Shown here one piece after another: positions 13,480-26,004 of a stretch of DNA of 64,000 nt. Under the pieces are notes generated by a model. The model worked only from the letters and a program-made list of their open reading frames with translations, had not been told where the DNA came from and made no database searches. The stretch comes from Pseudogymnoascus verrucosus (lineage: Eukaryota): the NCBI GenBank assembly GCA_001662655.1, contig KV460248.1. One strand, given 5' to 3'. A program made the position numbers and the translations under genes. How positions within the stretch are numbered: position 1 is the first letter of the stretch; every line of letters begins with the position of its first letter.

Positions 13480-14193
13480 ATGGTAATGTTCCTGAGTACT
13501 ACTAGTACAGCAGCTGCTAAATAGTTACAGTCTCAATCATTGCGCCCTTACCTGCAATGCGTCCGCTCCTCCCTCACCTCCGCACTCTGCTTATCGAACT
13601 TCGCATCCCAGACGTCTGAGAGGCACAATGTTCCCGAAATCGAAGCACAGACATCCCCAGAGGTGCTGCTGAACCCCCTCACAATTTCCCGCAACGAGAA
13701 CGAGCGTGTGCTCATCGAGCCGAGTATCAACAGCATCCGCGTCAGCATTAAGATCAAGCAGGCAGACGAGATCGAGCACATCTTGGTGCACAAGTTTACG
13801 AGGTTTTTGACTCAAAGAGCTGAGGCGTTCTTCATTCTGCGCAGAAAGCCAGTGAAGGTGGGTCTAGAATGTGATAGCGGGGAAATATAGCTTTATACTA
13901 ACTTTGGCCAGGGATATGATATCTCATTCTTGATTACGAACTTCCACACCGAGGAGATGTTGAAGCACAAGCTGGTTGACTTCATCATCCAATTCATGGA
14001 GGAGGTAGACAAGGAGATATCCGAGATGAAGCTCTTTGTATGTACCATTCTCTCAGGCGGCTGGATCATTACTGATATCTACCTACAGTTGAACGCAAGG
14101 GCGAGATTCGTTGCCGAGTCGTTCTTGACACCTGTAAGCACCCTTTATGACGGTTCACGAAGGCAAATACTGACACAATCCTAGTTCGACTAA
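13480..14193 (+). CDS. ARC19: Arp2/3 complex 20-kDa subunit (ARPC4); exons 13480-13482, 13531-13857, 13912-14037, 14089-14133, 14185-14193
   Basis: [101 protein letters not shown]; four canonical introns. Confidence 0.96.
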
Positions 14194-14986
14194 AGAGATA
14201 CTTCTGTTTTATGACCTTGTAGCGTTTTGATGTATATATCAAAATGCATATTGCGCGGCGTTGACGGATCAAAATAAATCCTACTAAGACATTGATATAG
14301 CTTTTCATGACACTATTGCTTCCAATACTCTGAATTACATATCCCATGACTGCTCTATGTGCTTTGGTTGTCTTCCCAAGTGGATGAAGATAGCACTATG
14401 GCAGATGATCAAATGAACCTGAACTGTTTCCTCGTCAGTATGGACTTGGGAAACTGACCCAACATTGAAAGAGATCTCTGGAAGTAAATTCCTTATTTTG
14501 TCTTGCTACGTGACTTCCAAGGTTGGGTTGGCATTTAATATGTGCTCTTGATACAATTCCATTGTGTTGCCTCTCTTTCACTGCCCCCTTTCTATCTGAA
14601 ATCATTGTGACTATGGAGCTTCTGGTTGATCACATTGGAAAGAGCCCATGAGATACCCTCCAATAGGATACATTTCTTGTGATTGAATGTGCTAGTAGCT
14701 TTTTTTCTGACACTGGTTGCCTGCGACATATATTTCCTGGGGCAGTTTGACTGGGGAGGGGCCCATTGCTAGGAGCCAGTTCCCACATTCCCTCTTAGCT
14801 TTCCTCCACCCCTCTCCAACCTTGAGGTCTACTCCAGCCTCGGGGTCTACTCTAGCCCCCAAGGTGAATATCGGCCGGAAAAGCATCAACTCCGATCAGA
14901 AGGCTACCAAATTCAAGGCACTGTTAAGGTGAATTCTATATCTCACCTCCACTAAAGTTTGGCTGGTCTCGCCTGAGCACACAATC

Positions 14987-15113
14987 TTTCTTACTCCACC
15001 CATCCTGCTTCCTCTTCTTATACCGCCCATCCTGCTTCCTTTCTTTACTCCTTCCATCCTGCTTCCTTTCATTACTCCTTCCACCTTGCTTCCTTCCTTT
15101 CGTATACTCCCAT
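14987..15113. repeat. 27-bp pyrimidine-rich minisatellite, about 4 degenerate copies
   Basis: Unit CCATCCTGCTTCCTTTC(T/A)TTACTCCTT recurs with a 27-bp period. Confidence 0.85.
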
Positions 15114-15370
15114 CGACACCTTGCTCAGAAGCTATATAGGTATGTTGAACTCCGAACACACCATCCACCAACAACAACCTGTCATGCAGTCGTTGGCAGA
15201 CCAGCTTTCTCTTTTTTACCTCGTTGATTTTGAGCACGACTGAGCTAACTATCCTGACTAGTCTCTTTGTTCTGCAATCCTTTGGCTATTGGTCGCCAAC
15301 GGAGTTGATCGAAAACCAAATCATACCTGTCTTTAACTACTCAGTTGCAACTGACTTCGTCCTGATTGAG

Positions 15371-17988
15371 ATGAACCAGGATTCCTTTAGGAACCCTGCT
15401 GAGGGCCATGGCCAGCTATGGCTTTTGTCCAACCAAATGAGATTGCCTACAGTGGCATCAGTCGACTCCCAGGAGTCATTTGCCTCACAGGTCCCACTGC
15501 CCTACCATCTCCCAGCGGACTATCCTGAGCATGGGTATCCATCGACACCACTGACAGGTCAGCCTTGGACATACCAAGACCCAAAGCAGCCTTCCGGGGC
15601 ATCCAAGGATGTTCATGGCCACCAATCTGATCAGTTCTACGGCAACCAGTATGGGACTCCACAAAACCAAGGTGCTCCAGCAGTACAGCCACCTTCATAC
15701 AATGGCCGTGGAAGATTTGATCCTGCATATGCACCAGGTTACAACTCTGGATATCCTCATGATTTTGGTAACTCTGGATATCAGCATCCACCAGGCGGCT
15801 ATTCTCATGATATGCAACCTTATGGCCACAATGTTTGGCAGGGCTTCTCCGTTCCTCAGCCAGTCTCAGGATACCAGCAAACCTTTGGCCCAGATCGGAT
15901 GATGTCTCCTCTTGGTTTTCATCCCCACGGATCTCAACACCCTGGGCAGTATCCCGTCGCTTACGGACCTAACAACGGAAACCAGAACCACAACCACAAT
16001 CACAACCACGGAAAGCCCCCTGCCAGGCGTAATGGGCACAGGCCTCGCTCGTCTGTTGCAGCAATCAATCTGCCAAGCCAGTACAATGATGACTTCAAGC
16101 AGAAAAATGGCGGCTTGGGACAAAGGAGATATGTCTCCAGTGGCGCTGAAACATCGAGAGACAACCACGGCGGCGGCCATGAGTCTATTCATGAGACTGC
16201 GGAGCCATTCCCCTGGAGTTCAAAGGAGTACCAGACTCCAAATGGGAAGATCATCGAGAGTCAACCCACACCCAAGACTGCCAGAGAGCTGGGCCAGGAG
16301 ACGCCCACGCCACTCCTCCGCTCTCGTCGCAATGAGTCTGTCACCAATGTCACCAGATCTTTCAAGACAGAATCCATGAATGACCCTCCACCATCTTTCT
16401 CCATCAATAGCAGACGTCAATCCACAACTACTGATTCAAGCCAGGTGTCGCCCCGCACTGTCCCTGAGAAAACAGTCCACCGTGATTCAGATACCGTTGA
16501 TCCATTCTATGCTGAGTCCACTGATATTGCCATTTATGGTAAGAAAGCTCGCTTTGATTTTGGAACTCCGGCACGTGCGGCGGTTATGCCACTTCATGTC
16601 TCTCTCTACCAGCCTGCCCCTGGCCCCAGCACTCACTTGGCTGCTTTGTGCCCCAATGGAGCGAAGCCTGATGTGGAGGTCGCATTTGATTCCGCCAACA
16701 TGCCATTTGTGGAGCCTGCCCGCACTCATCCTGGCCATAGAACAACGGGAGTGGTCCGCATCTCCAACGTAAGTTATTAATACCCTTTATTTATGATTTG
16801 TGATGCTGATGATAATTACCAGATTCCATTTTCTTGCACTCTGCAGGAAATTTCGGCCTTCCTCGGACGTAATGCCAAACTGATTCCCGAGCCTGAAGAG
16901 CCTATCCATATTGTCATGGAGCGTGTTACTAGCAAGACCATGGATGCATTCGTGGAATTTGTTGATATCAATGAAGCCGTCAACGGTGTGACTCGCTATG
17001 AATCCAACCGTGCCGGAGGTCGTGGAGGCCGTCTCGGCGAACGCCATGTTGCCCTTGAAGTCTGTGGGCATGAACTTTTCATGCAGGCCCTGTTTCCAAA
17101 AGCTGTCAATGTTGTCTGGAAAGGCTCTGATCCCCAGATCTCGACCGAACGTGACCTTTACAATTCTGGCTTCAAAGGATTCATATCTCGCGAGGAGCTT
17201 GTTATGCTTGTAAAGCATGTTGAGGCGCCACAGCGTGTAAGTTATTATGTGATTGATGATATGAAACAGACTTGCAGAACTAACGGCTTTATAGTCTCCA
17301 TTCTCAAGTGAATGCCCCCAGAGACCATTCGAATGCTTGATCAGCAGTGTCATCAAGGTAAGATATTACTGTATGTTCTATATTTGTTATTGGCCTAATG
17401 TATATCCAGTACCCATGGCACAAGGTCCATGATATCACTATTGGTGATCGTGATGCTCTTTTCCAAACTGCAATTGCCCTTTGCAAGAACCTCATTGAGC
17501 GCATCGACAGTGGTGGCCAAGATCTGGCACTCAATGATAGACTCCTCAAGCGCGTTCAACGTGCCGTGCTCAGCTGCTGTGGCTTCAGCGAGTCACAGAA
17601 AGATGACTTTGCATTCCTTTTTAGAATGACATCTCTTGAGGCTGGACTGCCACCTCATGCAGATCACTGGAGCGTGTTCAAGACGATTGGAGCGAAGCGT
17701 AACTGGAATCAAGATGTTATTCTTGTAAGTTTTGCTGCTGCTTAGTTATTGACGCATGTTCTAACTCGAAGATAGTACTACATTGCATTGCTTCGAGAGG
17801 CCACTACTTCATCTGCTCTTGTCAGTCTGGCTGAGAGGTCTGCCAAGGGCCTCCAGACTGGTGCCTTGTCCGTATTCGGCAACATTGAGATTGAGTATCC
17901 AAAGGATGTCTCCAACATGTCTCTTTCTGCTGTGGGAGAAATTGAGTGGCACGCCATTGAGGCCCTGCTTCGAAAGGTCTTGGAATGA
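15371..17988 (+). CDS. Low-complexity N-terminus plus quasi-RRM-like RNA-binding protein; exons 15371-16768, 16823-17236, 17295-17357, 17410-17724, 17776-17988 (start uncertain)
   Basis: Four GT-AG introns join the ORFs in frame. VVRISNIPFSCTLQEISAFLG..IHIVMER..DAFVEF..RLGERHVALE resembles hnRNP F/H/ESRP-type RRMs. Confidence 0.8.
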
Positions 17989-18137
17989 AGACTGTTTCAG
18001 TTAGCTGCAACATTCAGTATTCACCACGTGCAAATCTTTAAGAAGCTCTGACAGCGCTAGATCCAAGAAGAAGAGTTGGAATCGCCGCCGCGGCTGCACA
18101 AGTTTGCACCTATATTTTGTGGCTCGTTTTCAGGGTT

Positions 18138-18353
18138 ACTCATGTACTATAGATCGAGGTCGTTTTCTTTTTCTCTGCAGCCTATACTTGAGAGTTAAGG
18201 TCAAAGGTGGTGGGGCCGTTGGGTTTCTGCTGATATTACCACGCCTTAACTCGTGTACTATAGATTATCGTTCTTTGCATCCGCTCTTCGGCCTATATAT
18301 GAGAGTTGAGGTTCATGATGGTGGGTATATGGTGTCTCGGGCGATATTACCAC
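18138..18353. repeat. Degenerate 111-bp tandem duplication downstream of the RRM gene
   Basis: ACTCRTGTACTATAGAT at 18138 and 18249, TGAGAGTTRAGGT in both copies, and GATATTACCAC at 18232 and 18343. Confidence 0.8.
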
Positions 18354-18651
18354 AGCGTATCGGATTCTTATAAGGTGGCACTTCAGTCCTGATTGCCTTC
18401 ATTGGTTATTATAGGAACTGCGTGTAGTTATCTGAATAAGAAAAGTTTCATGCTTCTTTGTGCGATAGCTCCTTTGTGTGTTCGATAATGATCTTGAATT
18501 TTTATATTGCATGTCCCGTGATTTTCGACGGCCGTATTATACCACAAAGACCGTCAACCCCTCAATACCCAACACTCACTCCTTTCACCCCTCCATGAGT
18601 CAAGTCGTATATAATAAACTTATCTATTGCTTGGGTACGCCAAAGCATCAG

Positions 18652-19715
18652 ATGGCGTCGTCAGCATTGCCTGCGCTAGCTCCAAGCTTTGTCGCCAAAA
18701 AATCAGCAATTTTACATGATCTGTCAACCCCAGCATCGTCTTATGAGGATGCATCGCCAAAAGGATCTGTTGATATCGCTATCGTGGAACTGATTGACGA
18801 AATCAATAAATTAGATGGGTTTGTTACAACAAGTAGCTGCGCCGGGAGGATCAGTGTCTTTGTTGAAGGAAAGAAAAAGACCGAGGACCACCAAGTTGAT
18901 GAAGACCCCGCCAATGACGTAGAGGGCAGAGGGCAGAGTAGTCAAGACAAAGAGACTGTAGCTGGTACTGGTGGGAAAGGCGGCGGTGGAAAATGGCTTT
19001 ATGTCTCTCATGATCCATTTACCTTCCAAGCTGGGCAGGATTTGGCGGCGGCTTTAGGCATGACGAGGACGGGAGATAGAGAGAGCGCTTGGGAAGGACA
19101 TAGGCTTGTGAGATTTAAATTTGAACCGATGGTAAGTTATTTCTATTTCCATGAGTTTTGCGTGTTTCACCTTATTTTGTTATATCTGAAATCCATTCTA
19201 CATAAAATAGAGTCGTTTGGTGGCCGTCGTCATTTTTTTATATTAATATTTTATAGATTCTTCACATCCTCACGGCGTCATTGGAACATGCACAAATGGT
19301 TTTAAGGGCAGGGCTTGCAGCAGGATTTAGAGAATCTGGTGCAATAAACCTAACAAACCCTTCTTCAGCAACTCCCATGGTTGCAATTCGGAGCATGGGA
19401 CTCGGTCTAGAATCTATGGTGGGGCTGCTCGATAGTAATGACGAGGCGATGTGTTTTGTGTCGGAGAAATCGCTGGGAGGGTTATTGACGATATCTAACG
19501 AGAGATTCGAAGAGAATTCCAGGCGGAAAGAGAGGTTCTGGAAGGCTTTGCAAGAAGGTGTTCAGGCGGGAAGCTCAGGAGATGGGCTGAAAAAGAAGCG
19601 AGGTGAAGATGGCGGGGATTGGGAGGATAAGGAGGTAAGGAGGGAGAGGTTAAGACGAGAGGGACTGGAGAGAAGCAAGGCAAAGAAGGAATCCACCAAC
19701 ACCGAGCCATCATAG
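18652..19715 (+). CDS. TYW3: tRNA wybutosine-synthesizing methyltransferase Tyw3; exons 18652-19131, 19257-19715
   Basis: DASPKGSVD, FVTTSSCAGRISVF, WLYVSH, FKFEPM|ILH, AGFRESG and VAIRS motifs. Confidence 0.93.
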
Positions 19716-20048
19716 TGTAATTTAATACTTTACAATAAAAGGACTACTAGCCAAACTCGAGGCTTACAACAAGTAGCAGCAAGACACTTCGGAATTTGGT
19801 GAAGCCACATCGGTCCATATAGCTCATATTTTGTCTACATGCTGTCTACACACTGTTGATGAGCCTTCGTGGTGGCAGATCGAGGGCCGAATGGCAGGTG
19901 CTGAGAACTCTTGCCTAGCACACGACAGTGCTTCAAGACTGTGGCCTTTGCAAAATAACCTAAAGCCTCTTCAGGTAGCTTGGCCACATCCCTATCCGAT
20001 TTTTGTAGTTCGGGACGCCACAGTTCTATCCAGTCAGGCGCGAGATTC

Positions 20049-20666
20049 TTATTCCTCCTGCTGTACGAATGGGTTGGCGATCGACTCGCTCCCATCTACT
20101 GGGCTGACTAGCACCAGAAGTGTTCCTCTTGCCACCACCAATCCCAATGATCGCGTAGTCTCGTTTCCGTCATCATCTAAAAACTGGGTCAGCGGTTATA
20201 AATAATGAGGGTGCAAGGTACGGACCTCGTAAGACTTCCTGCACATCGTCCAGGACCAAGTTCATCAACGCGTCGTAACCCTTTAATGCGCCAGTAACTA
20301 AAAAACCCAGAAGTTAACATAAATCCAATGGATACAGAACTATGCTTCGAAGTGTATGCTGGTTCAGGTGCTTCTCAGAGCCAGTCGCATCATGCGACTG
20401 GTTCATACGCTTATCGAACCAGTTCGAGGCTGACGCTGGGAGAATCGCCTACCTTCTCTACCACCATTGAACTTCACCGTAATCCTCTTATCCATATATT
20501 TGCTTAAATCGAGAATGTTCTCCTTCTTTGGCCGTTCCTGCTGTTGTGAATTGTGCCCGCCGCGCCCTCCACCTCCGCCGCGCCCACCTCTGTGTTCACC
20601 TCCACGCCCGCCTCCACGTCCACCACCGCGTCCACCGCGAGACTGGGAGCCCTGATGTTCGGACAT
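20049..20666 (-). CDS. LSM7: Sm-like protein Lsm7; exons 20666-20453, 20297-20226, 20176-20049
   Basis: RGG-rich N-terminus, then KKENILDLSKYMDKRITVKFNGGRE|VTGALKGYDALMNLVLDDV..TRSLGLVVARGTLLVLVSPVDGSESIANPF. Confidence 0.95.
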
Positions 20667-21139
20667 TGACTGATTTGTGCAATGTTGTAATTGCACTTTG
20701 TGCTTTCGAATCGCGGGGTTTGGGCTTCGGCGAGTAGGTTATCTGGGATTAACTTTGATACAGGTTGTTCCACCTGGTCGTCCGGCGGAGCTTGGGCCGC
20801 CGCTAACCCTAAGCGGGAAGTTTTGGGAGGAGCGGGACTTCCAGCGGAACTCGTCTTTCTTGTGTGCGCTGCTGAATGCGATGCCTCTCCGAATGTTCGA
20901 GACCGACCCTACGCAGTTGAAAATATACCTAGAGATCGAGAGAATCCAGTGAACATTTCATTTCACACAAGTCCGCCCCCGACATCCCGCCTACGTGGCC
21001 AGCAAATTGCGATTCCGCCGCCGTTCCCTCCCCGCTCCGCGCCGCTGCATATCAAAGGCCTTCTTCATATAAGAAAGGAGGGAGGAGGCTCAACCGCTCA
21101 AGGATCTATCATATTCCAAATCCCAACGTTGCATCCGAA

Positions 21140-22810
21140 ATGGATAACCCCGAAGCCCCTGGCGGAAAGCGAAAGCGTAGTATATCCACGGCCATGCCTC
21201 AACAAACAAGACAGCCATTGCAGCCCCAAACGCCAGGTACGTCATCAGATCTTCAAGCATCTCTCATTCTCTGCGGTTTTCATCACACATGGAACTCGAC
21301 TTTTATAAGCCGGGACCTTGACTGAACACTGTCATACTATTGTAACACATCACAAGCTCAAAAGAAATCACGTGTACATATCACGTGTTGGTTTTATGCC
21401 TTCTCGAGCTGTGTTGATGCCCGCTGTTTGCTGGTTATGAACTGTAGCTGATTAATCTAGGCAATGCTCCTCAAATAAACTACCTGGCGAAGGCGAGAAG
21501 CGGCAAGATGAGGTTGATAGAAGGCGACGCAGATGATTTCGGTAACATTCTCGGCCTCATTGACGATTACGAAGGTTAGTAATTACTTGTATAACTTACT
21601 CATGCATAAGTTAACGAAGATAGGGGTGCTCCAACGCCATGAGAGTCTCGCCGCAAATTTGGGGGCGAAGCTTGTTGGCCCACTCCTCTTGAAATCTGTC
21701 GAGAAACTCTTTGAGGGCCCAATTAAAGTCACGACGACTTATCCCGGTGAAGCTGTACCTATAACCTGGCTCGATGTCCTTGATTTTGCAAGATCAACGC
21801 CCCAAAATTTTGTTCTAAGCGAGTCAAGGAGCGGTGGCAGAGTATGCCAGTTTTGGATCAATCAATGTAGCGTTGAGATATCAGAAGATGACTACAGATT
21901 GATTATATCAGGCGCACCAGAGAGAATGCTTCCAACTCAGCCGATTGTTGATGATGAAGTTGCAGAAGTTGGCACAATGGATATCCTAGAGCAGCGCCTT
22001 TCAATGCTCATAAAGCGGGCTGACCTTGTCGCGGCTCGAGCGAGGCAGTTGAATTACCACCTCAAAGGGAGAAAATCTGCTATAGCAAGCCGCCGCACAG
22101 TAGCACAATCACCCGAACAAACTGGTGCAAGCTCATCGGCCCAGTTCATGACAAACCAGACGCAGGCTTCCACAAACAATGGTGAGGGCCGCTCAATCCA
22201 CCTTGATTTGCTTCGGCAATTCCAACATGATGATCGAAAGGGGATGCCATCACGCATTAAGGGTAGCCATTCTCAAACAGATGCTACAGGCTCGCCAATA
22301 TCGGGAGGATCTCCGACGCCAACCAGCTTTGGCAGGCGCGTCACTGCGCCAATGCCTTCTGGAGCCGATGATGGAACCGGGGGACAGTATCGACCTTTGA
22401 TCGCCGCCAGGATAGAAAAAATGAACCGGAACGACCCAATATGGCCTCCATGTGATCGATGCAGGCGCTTACGTATGGAATGCACCAAATACCTTACAGC
22501 CTGTGGCGGCTGTACAAAGAAACATGCGAAATGTTCCTGGCGAGATATCACAGAAGAAGAAATTGCGTTCCTGATCCAGATCCCAGAGTCCTCTATTGAA
22601 AACGAAGATGGAGCTCTTGAAGTAGCAGACATGAATGCTAACCTGGATCCAGACTTACGTCTTATGAATGGCGGAGGGATGCATCTGGGCGGTCATGGTA
22701 GTGAGGGTCTTATTGGCCCTGGGGAAGGCAAAAGAGGGGATGTTTTAACAGATGAGCACTCTATCTTGACACAGATGGCATCCGCCGCAGCTACCGAGGG
22801 AAACCGCTAG
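21140..22810 (+). CDS. Uncharacterised nuclear protein with a C-terminal Zn2Cys6 cluster; exons 21140-21236, 21461-21574, 21624-22810
   Basis: KRKR NLS-like motif; two canonical introns join in frame; CDRCRRLRMECTKYLTACGGCTKKHAKC fits CX2CX6CX6CX2CX6C. Confidence 0.8.
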
Positions 22811-22962
22811 ACAGCTAACACAAACTTATGTTGTCTAATGTCATCTATATAATAATAGTACAATGTGAATTACCATTGCAATTCTGTATATACTTTGCGG
22901 CAGATCATGTGATATATTCCACCTTTCGGGCCATAGATTTGCTACCCCGCGCCTACCCGTGG

Positions 22963-23003
22963 TGACTCTTAGAACGCCAAACAAAAAAATAACCAATGAC
23001 TCA
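22963..23003 (+). promoter_or_regulatory. Gcn4/Cpc1 (cross-pathway control) elements upstream of LEU4
   Basis: TGACTC at 22963-22968 and TGACTCA at 22997-23003, about 180-220 bp upstream of an amino-acid biosynthesis gene. Confidence 0.65.
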
Positions 23004-23182
23004 ACCACCAAGGGAACCGCAACCCAACTAAAATATTTACTTACACAGCATTGGAAACAGCTATTTGTACACTCACCCATACCAATCGAATATACAGAAC
23101 CTTGGGTTATATACCCCCATTGTAAACCACGAAGTATATTTCAAAAGGCAACACTACCAAGTGTTACCCCGCCATTTTCACA

Positions 23183-25137
<1,955 letters not shown>

Positions 25138-26004
25138 TACCAATTATTTGTAGTCTGTTATTACACTTTGTGGCAACAATGGCCAGTCTGCCTTAGCATC
25201 ATATGCTCCAAAAAATAATAGAAACAAATGGAAACAAAAGTAGTCCTTTTAGTGCGGTTTTGATTACTAGCTCTTTGATATAGCTCCGAGCTCAAAATGG
25301 TAGGACAGAAGGCAAACAAAGTTTGATAAGCATATCGGAAAAGCAAACAAATAAAAAAAACAAGGCCTTTGTTTCAGGCACGACAGAACCATAACTTCTA
25401 CTTCATATTCCCTGCTGAGCCTAGGCAGTGTAACATTCGTAACCTACAAATCAGCAAATATTTGTGACACCGAAGAGAAACGGAAAGGAGATAGGAGAAA
25501 GACCACTAAATCACGTGTCAGTAATTGTGACAGAATAAACAGTCGATCTGTGATTTGCCTGTTAGACGAGGGGTTTACGCCAAACGCGGCCGGCAACCAA
25601 ACAATCTTTGCCTGTGAAGCTGGTCATCGAAGCACTTCTTTGTCCAAGTGCTACAGATCATAAAATCTGCCGACCTAAACCTACAAATTCTTTCTTTTAC
25701 GTATTTTGCAGCAGCAAGAAATAGTGAGTTTCTTAAAGCCGAACCACTTCACAAGCGGCGTCTACTTCGGGCAATCGTTAACCCCATTACCGCAGGTATC
25801 CACCAATAAAGTCTCGCTTCAAGAAAGCCCCGTCAACATCATCTCGTAGCCTGAGATTGTAATTTCAAGTCGTTGTCATCTAGCAACGCCAAAGCCTCAA
25901 AATACAACAGACATTTTACAAACGCTTTGTGCGTTGATCGGTGTATTTATTCAAGCGGGCCACCACCACAGATCTCCCTCCACACCGACTCTCAAGCTGC
26001 AAAT

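Noticed and set aside
20298..20452. TPP riboswitch or C/D snoRNA in the LSM7 intron
   Set aside because: CTGAGA is present but the downstream TPP core is missing; the box C-like ATGATGC is imperfect and buried in a hairpin.
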